Assembly: GCA_965223905.1 (NCBI GenBank)
Contig: CBDCXV010000002.1
Location: 416,001-480,000 of the forward strand
Source: Candidatus Latescibacterota bacterium
GTDB lineage: Bacteria > Latescibacterota > UBA2968 > UBA8231
Reading direction: 5' to 3'
Length of the DNA stretch: 64,000 bases
Under the pieces are notes generated by a model. It searched no databases and was not told the DNA's origin. It was given only the letters and a program-made list of their open reading frames with translations. Shown in pieces: positions 38,789 to 49,183 of the stretch. The position numbers and the translations under genes are program-made. The stretch's first letter is position 1. Every line of letters starts with the position of its first letter.

Positions 38789-38926
38789 ATGTCCTTAAAA
38801 ACGAAGCTTATTCTGGGAGCAGGTGTGTTGGCTGCCATCGGCATCGGCATCGGTCTTGAATTACATCGTCTTCACAGACGAATTCTCGAAGAGTTAGTCG
38901 CAATTCGCCAGCAAGGCGAGCGGTAA
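38789..38926 (+). CDS. 45-aa single-TM small protein
   Basis: AAAGGA RBS; MSLKTKLILGAGVLAAIGIGIGLELHR..; below the ORF track cutoff. Confidence 0.5.
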   Translation: MSLKTKLILGAGVLAAIGIGIGLELHRLHRRILEELVAIRQQGER

Positions 38927-38969
38927 TTGATACCGTTTCCAACTGCCCCGTGTTTCCCTCCCTGAACTG

Positions 38970-38991
38970 GTAGGTGCGGTTTGTAACCGCA
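38970..38991. repeat. GTAG-type REP-like hairpin
   Basis: GTAG-G-TGCGGTT-TGT-AACCGCA; only one copy seen in the window. Confidence 0.4.
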
Positions 38992-39076
38992 TTGATTAGC
39001 CCTGTAAGGGCGATATCTGTGTAGTTCTAACGAAAGAAATATTCCTCTTTCTGTGCCAGAGAACGAGGTAAACATC

Positions 39077-39812
39077 ATGATTACCGAACTCAGCGCGCAA
39101 AATTTCAAATCGTGGAAAAACACGGGTAAATTGCAGATCGCACCCTTAACCGGATTCTTCGGCGCGAACAGTTCCGGCAAAACCAGTATCCTGCAAACAC
39201 TACTCATGCTAAAGCAGACCGTGGAGCGTCCACTAGATTGGAAAGAGGTAATTGATTTCGGTGACGATGATTCCCTCGTTAACTTGGGGGATTTTGACGA
39301 CCTAATCCACGGACACAGACGTAACCATCCACTCAGGATCTCAATATTGTGGAAATTTTCCGAAAAATTAAGCCTACCGGATGTAGACGAAGTGGATACC
39401 CTCTCGTTTGAGCTCGCTATCAATAATGTGGAGAATTCAACTTCTGAGCCGAGTTTCAGTTATAAAGTGGGTGAGCAACACTTTGGGATAAGTTGGAATA
39501 ATCAGGGGAACTGTCGGGTTTACGCTTTTGGTAGGTCGACTACTCCTATGACTCTATTTCGATGCTATGGGATTCGCAGTGCTTATCCTGATATAATGCA
39601 ACTTTTCTCATCACTCCAAACTTGTTTTGAAAATTTATTCCGCAGCATCCGCTACCTCGGCCCGCTCCGTGAATATCCTCGTCGACATTACGCATGGCAG
39701 GGCAAGCATTCACCAGGTGTTGGGCAGCACGGAGAAGATATGGTCACCGCCCTTTTTTCCGGGCGAATTCAACTCCGTTCTCTTGACGAGCAGATCCCCA
39801 AATGGCTGCAGC
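39077..39812 (+). pseudogene. AAA_15/AAA_21-type ATPase, 3'-truncated by the IS91-like repeat
   Basis: NFKSW, FFGANSSGKTSILQ, YLGPLRE; no Walker B; ORF reads into the repeat at 39813. Confidence 0.82.
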
Positions 39813-40252
39813 TTCGAGCGCTTCGTCCTGCGGTCATCGGCTGGGGTGGGCGGCCCTGCTCTCCCGGGTGTTGCCGCCGAGATCACCCAATTCGCCGCCT
39901 GTGGCGGTGGCCTGAGAATCATCGCCGCCGTTACCGATCCGGCCTCGATCCGAGGCTATCTGGAGGGGGTAGGGCTGCCGACCCGGCCCCCAGCGTTGGC
40001 TCCGCCTCAGCCGCGGTTCGGGTTTGCCGTTTGACCTCCCTTCTGGATCACTTCCGGTGACGGCCGTATGGCCGGGTGCGTCCTGAATGGCCTCCTCAGG
40101 TAGCGGATTGATCCTGATCCGGGCGGACAGGAAACAAAACGGCACTGCGAGCCCTTTCAAAGGACATGCAAACGACCACCAGGGAGCTTGCCCTGCCCCT
40201 GGGTGTTCAGTGCCTTGACAGCGGGCCAAAATAGATGCCTCCCTTTTCCTAT
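39813..40252 (+). mobile_element. IS91/ISCR-like remnant, copy 2 (440-bp direct repeat of 37869-38308)
   Basis: Near-identical at offset 1944, about 3 mismatches seen; ends TTTCCTAT. Confidence 0.8.
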
Positions 40253-40254
40253 AT

Positions 40255-40595
40255 GTTTATGGTATGTGAACGTGTTCGTCAGCGATTTCGGACGCGCGCT
40301 CGAGTTCTACGAGGGCCTGCTCGGCTGCACCACCCAACGAAGGATACCTAGTTCGGCTACGCTTCCTTCGCGACGGCCGAAGTCGGGTTCGCCATCCTCG
40401 GACCGACGATGCGAAACTCGTCGGCCGGCACACGGGCGTTGGTTTCGGCGTAAAGGACCTCATCGCCGCCCACCGGGACCTCGCGGCAAAAAGCGTCGAC
40501 TTTTGGATGCCGCCGGAGAAACAGCCGTGGGGCGGTTTCATGGCCATGTTTCGCGATCCGGATGGCAACAGCTTTTATCTCGACCAGTTGGATGA
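40255..40595 (+). pseudogene. VOC/glyoxalase family pseudogene
   Basis: YVNVFVSDFGRALEFY, then frameshifted GVGFGVKDL..QPWGGFMAMFRDPDGN. Confidence 0.75.
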
Positions 40596-40600
40596 CCGGC

Positions 40601-40975
40601 ATGCCGATCATTGATGTCGAACTCGTCACAATCGCGGATGAGCCCAACGCGGCAAGTAAGGAGCAGTTGCAAATTCTCGCCGATGAACTGGGAGACTTAT
40701 TCGACAGCGGGCCCGCGGGCACCTGGATCAGATTACGGTCCATCGACCAGGCCGAATACGCTGAGAATCGAACGCCCCCCGGGACGAGCGTGCGTCCGAC
40801 TTTCGTCAACGTCTTGCACGCCGTATTGCCCGAGGCGGGCGCGCTTCGCACGGAAATGGCCGGGATCGCGGAAATCGTCGCCCGAACGCTGGGGCGACCG
40901 CGGGACAACGTGCATGTGCTCTATGCTCCCGGAGCAAAAGGGCGGATCGGTTTCGGTGGAGAACTGCTGGAGTAG
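40601..40975 (+). CDS. Tautomerase-superfamily-like protein
   Basis: N-terminal MPIIDVELV (Pro1); LGRPRDNVHVLY..GRIGFGG. Confidence 0.65.
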   Translation: MPIIDVELVTIADEPNAASKEQLQILADELGDLFDSGPAGTWIRLRSIDQAEYAENRTPPGTSVRPTFVNVLHAVLPEAGALRTEMAGIAEIVARTLGRPRDNVHVLYAPGAKGRIGFGGELLE

Positions 40976-41052
40976 TGGGTGTACCGCATCGACCGCGCCG
41001 TGGACCGGCACTGCTGTAACGTCATCCGTCGACCGAACGCTTACTTTCGGTT

Positions 41053-41175
41053 GCGACTCTTTCCTGCACCCTCCAGCAAGCTGATCATCCAACCGAATCT
41101 GTGGTCCCGTTTCTCAGAAGTAGCTGACTCTGTTGAATGGGCTCGCCCACCTCTCCCGGTTCTACAGGCTTCTCG
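41053..41175. repeat. Dispersed ~120-bp repeat, copy 2
   Basis: Homologous to 28842-28960. Confidence 0.85.
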
Positions 41176-41415
41176 TGAAGCATATTCCTGTACCGACGAA
41201 CCGGGGGGATCACGAACTTGGGTGGCGTTCGCATGAACGAGGACGAGGAATGCGGATCGAGGCAAGGGTTGCGAAGGCGTTGGCGGTCATATGCGTGCGG
41301 AACATCTTGCCTGAGGACATCCACGCTGGGACGGTGCCCGTCATCGGACCAGGGACTTATGGGATGCCACGGTCGTCGACGGGGACGGGCGGCGTGAACT
41401 GAACGCTCCCCATGC

Positions 41416-41448
41416 AAACGCCGACCCAGCCGTTGGGTCGGCGTTTTT
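41416..41448. terminator. Intrinsic terminator hairpin
   Basis: AAACGCCGACCCA-GCCGT-TGGGTCGGCGTTT-TT; degenerate equivalent near 36845-36870. Confidence 0.7.
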
Positions 41449-41473
41449 GTGGCGTTGATTTTAGCAGTGCCTG

Positions 41474-42229
41474 CTACTCGGAAGGCAAGGGCAATGCAGC
41501 GGGTGCGGAACTCGCGAAGACCGAGCGCGGCAGTTCGTCGGAGACAGCCACATCGGTGTGCCGGCGCTCGCCGCGGCCGTCGGAAAGCAGAATGGATCCA
41601 TGCCGCTGCCAGTCGGTCCAGGGGCCGGTAAAGCGCGGTTCGGTGTCGGCCGCTTCGCTGTAGAACGCCCATTGGGTAACCAGCCGCGATTCTTGTTCGA
41701 TCCAGACCGCGTATTTGTTCTGCGGGGTGACCCCGACATCTTTGAAGGTGAGCTCCAGAACTTCAGCTGGCCGGCCGTCCTGGGTGGCTTCCAGTCCGCG
41801 GTAGCGCAGGGTGACGCCGGTGTCCTTGAGCTTGTAGGGCATGACCAGCCAGTACGAGTCGTTGATCCAGGCGCGGTAGCCGTGGTCGAGCTTGGCCGCC
41901 AGCGTGTCGGGATCGCTGACTTCCACCCCGGCGGCGAAGGCGCGGCCCTCCTTGCTGTGGATGTTCATCAGCACCGTCAGATCCCCTTGCTCGAAGCGGA
42001 TGTCCCCGGTCCACTTGTCCCACACGTGCAGGCGGAAACCGAAAAAGCGCCAGGTGATGTAGCGGGTGGCATCCCAGTCGGCGCGGCCGCCCAGCGCGGC
42101 CATGACTTCGTCGGCCAGGGCGATGGCCTCGGGGTCGGAACCGGCGGCGTCGAAGCCGGGGGCTGGAGGATTGTCGGCGGCGTGGGCCAGGTTGGTGCAA
42201 AAGATGAAGACCATGAGTAGGCGCAACAT
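41474..42229 (-). CDS. Secreted conserved hypothetical protein, paralog 2
   Basis: 251 aa, only scattered substitutions relative to 36893-37648. Confidence 0.85.
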   Translation of the reverse strand: MLRLLMVFIFCTNLAHAADNPPAPGFDAAGSDPEAIALADEVMAALGGRADWDATRYITWRFFGFRLHVWDKWTGDIRFEQGDLTVLMNIHSKEGRAFAAGVEVSDPDTLAAKLDHGYRAWINDSYWLVMPYKLKDTGVTLRYRGLEATQDGRPAEVLELTFKDVGVTPQNKYAVWIEQESRLVTQWAFYSEAADTEPRFTGPWTDWQRHGSILLSDGRGERRHTDVAVSDELPRSVFASSAPAALPLPSE

Positions 42230-42357
42230 GAGGACCCTTTCGATGCGATGGCCGGAGGTGAAGTTAGCGCTTCAGGAAAGACGACTTGGAACTACAGTAA
42301 TCCGTGAAATCCCGGAACCTGTTGTTGGAGGAGCGATCCTATGAAAAAGGTGCAGGG

Positions 42358-43116
42358 TCAATCGCGCATGGTGCTTTGCGCGGAAATGAACAGGTCTTCC
42401 ACCAGGTTGGGAACCCGCGGACTCATACCTTGCGCCTGAAGATGCTCCGCCCACGCTTCGAGATAGCCCTCGAACGTCTCATCGACGTTCGCATCCCAGC
42501 AGTTCAGCCGGCCACAGTCGCGCCATAGCGAAGGATCTTCAAGGAACCGATCCAGCAGGGCGATTGCCAGGGTGCGGTTGAGTTCGCGGATGCATGGATC
42601 CTTTTCCATTCTGCCAAGGTTGTCGGTCAGCCAGACTCGAAAATCGCCATCCTCGGGTTGCCGGCAGCCTTGTTCGATCTCCTCGGCGTAGGTCCTGAAG
42701 TTCGGTGCGAACGCTTCTGCGCCGAAAACGCAAATGGGCGGATGATTCTTCCAGAAATCCGCAAGCCGATGCAGCACAAACAGCGACGCCAGCTCGCACA
42801 AGCTCTCTTCGAACCACTTGTGCTTGTGCTCCCTGCGGCGCTCGAAATTGGTCATGACATGGCACAGCTCGTGCGAGAACTGATACACGTACTGACACCA
42901 GTAGGTGTCCCGGGCGGTGATTCTGATCTCGTAACGTCCGTGGCCGTAGAACACTTGAGGCGATTGGTTCCACCAGGCGACGTGAATGGGAGCATCCGGA
43001 TGCTTGTTGAAGGCTTGTACGAGCACCTCGTACGCAGACTCCAGAACCGCGTGTACGGCGGAAAGGCTTGCACCTCCCCAGTTGCCGTTCTCTATCCGCA
43101 ATTGCCCGTGTGACAC
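42358..43116 (-). CDS. HExxH zinc metallopeptidase-like protein
   Basis: YQFSHELCH..WFEESLCE; GTG start shares 1 nt with the upstream TAG. Confidence 0.7.
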   Translation of the reverse strand: MSHGQLRIENGNWGGASLSAVHAVLESAYEVLVQAFNKHPDAPIHVAWWNQSPQVFYGHGRYEIRITARDTYWCQYVYQFSHELCHVMTNFERRREHKHKWFEESLCELASLFVLHRLADFWKNHPPICVFGAEAFAPNFRTYAEEIEQGCRQPEDGDFRVWLTDNLGRMEKDPCIRELNRTLAIALLDRFLEDPSLWRDCGRLNCWDANVDETFEGYLEAWAEHLQAQGMSPRVPNLVEDLFISAQSTMRD

Positions 43117-44681
43117 TACTCCACCCCGCTGACCTTGGGCGACGCCGGACGAGCGCCATGGGGGCCGCGCTCGCGCGGGCCGAGCATGTTCTGGAAGTCG
43201 ACTATATCGTGGCAGATGTAGTCCCCGGCTTCCAGGTCGGCCCGCTGTTCGGAAGAAAACCGCACCGAATAGAGGGCGAGTTCCCGGCGCCAACGTCGAA
43301 ACCGGCTTCCGCTGTCCGACCCGAGAAACAGATCCACCTGCTCGCGGAAGGCGTTGAGCGACAGAGGATCGTGCCTTGCCGCATTGCGTTTGCACGAGCC
43401 GAAGCGGACGACTCGGTCTTCCTCGTTCCATGCGATGAGGTCGACCTCGATCGACACATTGGTTCGCCGTGGCCTGTTCCAATAGCCTTTGACGCGATCC
43501 GAAACAGGGAAGTCGCCACCCGCGCGTGACCCCGCCTCGGTCGCCTCCCGTACCATTCGTTCGAAGGCGAAACCTTCAAGGGTGCGCAGCCGGGCAGTCA
43601 GGCGCTTCGCAACTCTTGATACGGGCTCGATTCGGGCGGCCTGGCAGGCGGGGTGAATGACGCTCAGCCATGCGAGAAGAAAGGGGTCCGAAACAGCGTA
43701 GCGGGCGCGGCGCCGGCGTTCTCCGAAAATCGGGTCCTGTTTCTCAACCAGCCGAAGTTCCTGTCCAAGGGTTTTCAGATACGGTCCCAGCGAAAGTTCA
43801 GGCGCGGATTCCTGCAATTCGGTGTGAGTGCAGGGCCCCCGCTCGGCGATTACGCGAAGCAGCGCAACGTAGTTGCGGCGCAACTCGCGGCCGAGCAGAC
43901 TCTCCCCCTCCTCGCGCAACGGCGAGTCCGAACGAAGGAACAGCCACTCGCACACCTGCTGGGCCCAGGGTGTCCACTCGGGAATACCATGGAGGTCGAC
44001 GTCCTGCTCGGCGTAGTGGCGCCAGTACTTCGGTACCCCGCCGAAGAGGGTCCACAACGTCAGGCACCGGGGGGGGTCGGCTGCACCGTGCTCGCGGCAC
44101 ACCTCGAACACGGTCGCGAGATCCCAGGGATCGAGGGAGATGTCGAATGTCGTGCGCCCGAACAAGGGCGCGCGCCGATCATTGAGCAAAGCCTCCATCT
44201 CTGTCTGGACAGAGCCCAGGAGGATCAATCCACCGGTCGTGTCCAGATCCTGGAGCTTGTCGACTTCGGCCTGAAGCAGTGAGGGAAAGCCACGGAGCGG
44301 ACCGCCGTGGCAGGTCTGGAACTCGTCCAGTATTACCACCCCACCGGCGGAACACAGCGATCCCACCGCCCTGGCCACTCCTGGAAGACCCCGGGTGGCG
44401 CTCGACTCATCCAGATGGCGTTCGAGCCCCGCTTCCCGTACGGCGTTCCGGAACACAGTGGCAAAATCCGCAGGCGTACTGTCCGGCAACTGGACGAGAA
44501 GGCAGGGAACTTCGTTGGGCTCGTCCTCCTCCAGGACTCTGAGCGCTTGCTGGACGAGGGCGGTCTTGCCGACCCTGCGACGCCCCCGGATGGTTCCGAA
44601 GAACCATCTACGCTGGCGCAACCGGGCCAACAGGCTGCCCAGTTCGTCCGTGCGTCCGTAAAAGGTCCATGGTCCCTGCAT
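43116..44681 (-). CDS. Archaeal-type ATPase (ATPase_2) with wHTH and DUF234 PD-(D/E)XK domain
   Basis: FYGRTDEL, GRRRVGKT, ILDEFQ, PLFGR, GGVPKY, EVDL..FGSCK. Confidence 0.88.
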   Translation of the reverse strand: MQGPWTFYGRTDELGSLLARLRQRRWFFGTIRGRRRVGKTALVQQALRVLEEDEPNEVPCLLVQLPDSTPADFATVFRNAVREAGLERHLDESSATRGLPGVARAVGSLCSAGGVVILDEFQTCHGGPLRGFPSLLQAEVDKLQDLDTTGGLILLGSVQTEMEALLNDRRAPLFGRTTFDISLDPWDLATVFEVCREHGAADPPRCLTLWTLFGGVPKYWRHYAEQDVDLHGIPEWTPWAQQVCEWLFLRSDSPLREEGESLLGRELRRNYVALLRVIAERGPCTHTELQESAPELSLGPYLKTLGQELRLVEKQDPIFGERRRRARYAVSDPFLLAWLSVIHPACQAARIEPVSRVAKRLTARLRTLEGFAFERMVREATEAGSRAGGDFPVSDRVKGYWNRPRRTNVSIEVDLIAWNEEDRVVRFGSCKRNAARHDPLSLNAFREQVDLFLGSDSGSRFRRWRRELALYSVRFSSEQRADLEAGDYICHDIVDFQNMLGPRERGPHGARPASPKVSGVE

Positions 44682-44831
44682 TTCTTACAAGATAATTTTT
44701 TTTACTTAATAGGCAAGGCGGGTGGTGGGACAGCGCACAGGGATCCAGAGCAGGCGCGCGAGAGGGGGATCCCGGCCATACTGATGAAGGGCGCAACTTC
44801 GAGCTGCTGCGGCACGAGGCGGCGGCAGAGA

Positions 44832-45998
44832 TCAGGGGCGCTCGGGGGCCGGAACCCAACCGCGCTCCTGCCGCCAGTCCGGCCCGACGTCGGCAAACCG
44901 GCCCAGCCCGAGGCCGCTGATGTCGATGCTTGACTCGCCGTGGAGCACCAGATCGCTGACCACCTTGCCCGTGGCGGGGGTGATGCCGAATCCATGGGCC
45001 GACGCGGTGACGACCACGTAGTTGCCCGGCCGGTCCGGGATGCCGATGACGGGCAGATAGTCGGGGGCCTGTTCCACCACCCCGGCCCAGCTCCGGATTA
45101 CCGGTACGTCCGCGGCTCCCGGAAGCAGCTCGGCGAGCCGCCTGGCGATGTTCCTGATGAGGGGGGTGTTGGGCTTGTCGGGATCGGCGGTCAGGCCCAC
45201 GTCGGTCCATTCGTGGGGCCCTCCCCCGAATAGGAGGTTGCCCCTTGCGGCCTGGCGCCCGTAGAGACCGTTGCCGACAAGGGCGATCCTGAAGAGCGGC
45301 TGCAGGGGAGCGGTGGCCAGCATCTCCACCCTTGCCGGCGCCACGGGGACGTGAACCCCCACCATCTCCGCCAGCAGACCGGTCTGCGGCCCCGCGGCGC
45401 CGACCACCACCTCGGCTTCGATGGCGCCCGCGGTCGTCTCCACCGAAGAGACCCTCCCGCCGGCGACATGGATGCCGGTGACCGCGGTGTTCTGGTAGAG
45501 CCTGCCCCCCAGGTCCTGAAAAGCCCACGCGAATGCCTGGACCGTCCGCTGCGGATTGGCGTGACCGCCATTGGGGTAAAAGATCCCGCCGAGGGTCCTT
45601 TCGGTGATCCCGGGAACCAGGTCACGTATCTCCGAAGGGTCCACCACCTCTACGCTGATGCCGTGGCGCAGCGCAACGTCCCGCTCCAGGAGGAGCTCGC
45701 CCATCTCCTCTTCCGTCACGGCGACCTGGAGCCTGCCCTCCTGTATGAACTCGATGGGATACCCCAGCTCATCGTCCAGCGCCGCCCATAATTTCAAGGA
45801 CTCTACGGCCATCGGTATCAGCGGCGGCTCGTCGACCCGCTCGCTGATCATCCCGCCGTTTCGGCCGGAGGCCTCGCTTCCGACGGTTCCCTTCTCGATT
45901 ACCGCGACGTCCTTGCCCGCCCTGGCCAGGAACCAGGCCGCGCTCAGGCCCGAGACGCCAGCCCCGATGACGACTACGTCCGCGCTGTCGACAGTCAT
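44832..45998 (-). CDS. FAD-dependent oxidoreductase, DAO family (OoxB/HcnC/SoxB-like)
   Basis: VVVIGAGVSG, ASGRNGG, RSWAG, SAHGFGITPATG. Confidence 0.9.
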   Translation of the reverse strand: MTVDSADVVVIGAGVSGLSAAWFLARAGKDVAVIEKGTVGSEASGRNGGMISERVDEPPLIPMAVESLKLWAALDDELGYPIEFIQEGRLQVAVTEEEMGELLLERDVALRHGISVEVVDPSEIRDLVPGITERTLGGIFYPNGGHANPQRTVQAFAWAFQDLGGRLYQNTAVTGIHVAGGRVSSVETTAGAIEAEVVVGAAGPQTGLLAEMVGVHVPVAPARVEMLATAPLQPLFRIALVGNGLYGRQAARGNLLFGGGPHEWTDVGLTADPDKPNTPLIRNIARRLAELLPGAADVPVIRSWAGVVEQAPDYLPVIGIPDRPGNYVVVTASAHGFGITPATGKVVSDLVLHGESSIDISGLGLGRFADVGPDWRQERGWVPAPERP

Positions 45999-46003
45999 GA
46001 TAC

Positions 46004-47536
46004 CTACCCCAGCACCTGGTTCGTCGGGCTGAACCACTTGGCCCAGTCCCTGCGCACCTGCTCCGCCTCTTCGTGGGGCCACATGACCTTCAGCGGCAGC
46101 GGCCTTACAGGCGCCCGGTAAGACATCGGGGGCACTTCGGATATGTCGGTGCCGGACTCCCCGGCAAGCAGCAGGGACACTTGCTCGCGGCAACGCCGGC
46201 CCTGGCAGTGGCCCATTCCGGCCCTTGTCAGGCGCTTGACCTGGTCCGGGTTGACGGGGCCATCCTTCACCTGGGTCCGGAGGCTCCGGCGACTCATCTG
46301 CTCCGATCCCCATTCGAGGTACCGCGGCGGCTGCAGGCCGATGAGCTCGGCGCGCGTGACCTCCTCGCACTGGCACGCGAAGACATCCAGGCCACCGGCG
46401 TTGACGAGGGATTGAAGCCATTTCTTCCAGCCGGTGTGCACCTCGGCCGGTGTTGCGGTGACGGCCCCGGCCTGGATCTGGGACCTCCGGGCGAGGGCCT
46501 CCGGGTTGTCGATTGCGCCCAGCGACTCGGCAGCGGCCACTCCGGCGAGGCGGCCCTGATTCCGTGCCATCCCGGGGTCCAGGATCATTCCGTCGTGGAA
46601 GCCGGCGGCGTCGCCCGCCACGAACACGGTGTCGACGCTGGTCCGCATCCAGTCGTCGTGGACCGGCACGTACCCGCCGAGCTCGGACTTGAAGGTGAGG
46701 TCGCAGTCGAGGAGACCGAGGAGCTCCACGTTGGGCACCAGGCCGATGGCGAGGCACACGGTGTCGGCGGCAATAACCTTTTCGGAGCCGGCCACCGGCT
46801 CGTTGTCGCCGTCGATCCCGACCAGCACGACGGACTCGATATCGCCGGCCTTGCCGGAGGCTTCCTTGACGGTGTGGGAGGTGAACAGCTCTACGCCATC
46901 CCCCTGCAAGCCCGCCATGAGGGACTCGTCGCCCCGGGCGGAGGAGGACACGTCCACGACCGCGGCTACCTCTACGCCTCTATCCAGCGCCATCCTTGCG
47001 GTGTTGAGGCCCAGGTTGCCCGAGCCCATGACCACCATGCGCCGCGAGCTCAAAGCCTGGTATCGACTCATCAGCGAGCAGGCGCCGTTGGCTCCCATTG
47101 CGCCGGCCATGTTCGACCCGGCAAAAGACAGGCCCAGGTCCCGGGAGCCGGCTGCCACGATCAGCCGGTCGTACTTCACGACCCACGACTGCCTGTCGTC
47201 GGCGAGGCCGAGCTGCGGGCCGTCGAGGACCCTGCTGGTTCCGGTATTGCGAAAGGCACCCCACACACACGTCCCGAGCTGGACGTCGACGCCGGCTTCC
47301 TCCGCCTCCGCCAGAGCGTCGTTGGCCGCGGCCACCCTCTCGAGCATCACGGCCTTGTCGGGCAGCGTGCCCAGGGTCCGTTGGCCGAAGAGCTGAGGTG
47401 CGTCCAGCCCCATCATGGACAGGCCGACGGGGTTCTCGTCGATGAGCGTGACCTGCACTCCGGCCTTGGCCGCTTCGATGGCGGCGGCCGTCCCCGATAC
47501 CCCCGCCCCCACGACCACCAGTGGTTTGGATTCCAT
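46004..47536 (-). CDS. NAD(P)/FAD oxidoreductase with BFD-like 2Fe-2S domain (OoxA/HcnB-like)
   Basis: VVVGAGVSG, VFVAGD, CQCEEVT, KRLTRAGMGHCQGRRC, RAPVRP. Confidence 0.88.
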   Translation of the reverse strand: MESKPLVVVGAGVSGTAAAIEAAKAGVQVTLIDENPVGLSMMGLDAPQLFGQRTLGTLPDKAVMLERVAAANDALAEAEEAGVDVQLGTCVWGAFRNTGTSRVLDGPQLGLADDRQSWVVKYDRLIVAAGSRDLGLSFAGSNMAGAMGANGACSLMSRYQALSSRRMVVMGSGNLGLNTARMALDRGVEVAAVVDVSSSARGDESLMAGLQGDGVELFTSHTVKEASGKAGDIESVVLVGIDGDNEPVAGSEKVIAADTVCLAIGLVPNVELLGLLDCDLTFKSELGGYVPVHDDWMRTSVDTVFVAGDAAGFHDGMILDPGMARNQGRLAGVAAAESLGAIDNPEALARRSQIQAGAVTATPAEVHTGWKKWLQSLVNAGGLDVFACQCEEVTRAELIGLQPPRYLEWGSEQMSRRSLRTQVKDGPVNPDQVKRLTRAGMGHCQGRRCREQVSLLLAGESGTDISEVPPMSYRAPVRPLPLKVMWPHEEAEQVRRDWAKWFSPTNQVLG

Positions 47537-47619
47537 GCGAGGTCCCTCCCGTCGACCCGGAGGCCTGTTCTGCGTCACATGTGCCTGGATGAATGGATGT
47601 GGATCCTGCCCGGAGTGGC

Positions 47620-48681
47620 CTAGGCGACTCTTCGCGGCGATGGGATCCGGGCCGGCAGGGCGCCGCCCAGGGCCTTGATGTAGTCGGCGCCGAATCCACA
47701 GCAGGTGCCTATGACCTGGGCTCCCATTCCGACCCAGCGGGCGGCCTCCCGCGTCAACTCCTCCGCGGTCTCCTCGTTGGCAACGCTGCTGTCCTGCCAG
47801 GTCTCCAGGTAGTCCTCCCGGCCCGCGTCCGGATAGGCGGCCATCGGGCCGGACCATTGGTCGCGCATGACCTGAAGCGCCGCGGCGGTGGCATCTATCC
47901 TGCTGTGGAACACGCCGAGCAGGTCGGGCTTCAGGGGCGTGATCTCGGCGATGCCTTCGGCCAGGGTCATGGTATAGTCGACCGTCCGCCAGCTCGAAGT
48001 CCACATCGGCATCCCCATGCCGACAGCATAGTGACGGTCGTCAGCCAGGCTCATCCTGACCGTCTGCCCGTCCGGCGCCATGGAGGCGGTGAATCCCACC
48101 CACACCGGCAGTCCCGTGGCCTTGGCCGCCTCGGTGGCAACCACCCTGGACTCGTTGTCGGCCCACATGTTCTCCATCAGGAGGAAGTCCACCCCGGACT
48201 CGGCCAGGATATCCGCCTGCTCGCCGGCGTAGACCCTCAGCTCCTCCGCCGAGATGCTGGCGCCATACCCGTAGCCGGTGCCGCCCAGGAGGGTTCCGGT
48301 CCTGCGGTCGCGGATGGGGATCCGGCACGAGATGGAGCCGGCGATGTACACGGACCGGTCGCCGCCGGCCCGGTCTCTGGCCTCCAGCGCCGCGTCCACG
48401 GCCCGCGTGTTTATCTCCCTCACCAGCTCGCTGTACCCGGACGCCTCCAGAGCGGGGCGCAGGGTGCTGAAGGTGTTGGTGGTTATGATGTCGGCACCCG
48501 CCCTGATGTAGCGCTCGTGCATCTGCCGCACCGTCGCCGGGTGGGTGTAGTTGCCGGGGCCGCACCACGAGGCAGGGTGCATGGGCACGCCCATGGCCTG
48601 GAGCTCCGTTCCGATGGCCCCGTCCAGGACGATCACTTCACCCTGGTCCATGCGGCTCTTCAAGTTCTCATAGTTGGCCAT
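47620..48681 (-). CDS. Homocysteine S-methyltransferase family protein
   Basis: VLDGAIGTEL, AGADIITTNTF, IAGSI, IGTCCG. Confidence 0.88.
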   Translation of the reverse strand: MANYENLKSRMDQGEVIVLDGAIGTELQAMGVPMHPASWCGPGNYTHPATVRQMHERYIRAGADIITTNTFSTLRPALEASGYSELVREINTRAVDAALEARDRAGGDRSVYIAGSISCRIPIRDRRTGTLLGGTGYGYGASISAEELRVYAGEQADILAESGVDFLLMENMWADNESRVVATEAAKATGLPVWVGFTASMAPDGQTVRMSLADDRHYAVGMGMPMWTSSWRTVDYTMTLAEGIAEITPLKPDLLGVFHSRIDATAAALQVMRDQWSGPMAAYPDAGREDYLETWQDSSVANEETAEELTREAARWVGMGAQVIGTCCGFGADYIKALGGALPARIPSPRRVA

Positions 48682-48837
48682 GGCCTGATCCTCCGATATG
48701 GCTCGGCATTTTATCCGGCGTTCCCCATTGTCGAGCTGCCTGGGTCCAGACAACGCACGAGGCTGCAAGCCGCCATGGTAGATTTGCTCACGAGTACCGT
48801 CAACAACCAAATCGAGCTCATAAAAATTCAACGCGGT

Positions 48838-49128
48838 TGGTGGGACAGTGACGGCTACGCCGACCGCGGACAGATGTTTGCGCGGTGGCTCGAAGAGTGG
48901 CCGGAAACCGGCCTGGACATGGCATCGCTGGCGAGGTGGTACCGCTCCGAGATGGACCGGCAGGTGAAGCCCGACATGGAGGTCAACGGATTCCTTGCCC
49001 AGCTCAACGAGCGACGGGTGCCCTGGGGCATCGTCACAAACGGCAGGACGAGCCAGCACGGCAAATGCCGGGCCGCGGGCCTGGACCGGCTCGCTCCCTT
49101 CATCATCTCCCTGCGGCCAATGGTCTGA
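48838..49128 (+). pseudogene. HAD hydrolase internal fragment
   Basis: WGIVTNG..QHGK..GLD..IIS; motif I and C-terminus missing. Confidence 0.55.
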
Positions 49129-49183
49129 AACTCGTCTCGAGGTGGCCTGGTCCACATTTTCCCTGAATAGGAGGTATATCAAA

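Noticed and set aside
39053-40060. 335-aa ATPase with a novel C-terminal domain
   Set aside because: The C-terminal part is out-of-frame read-through into the repeat
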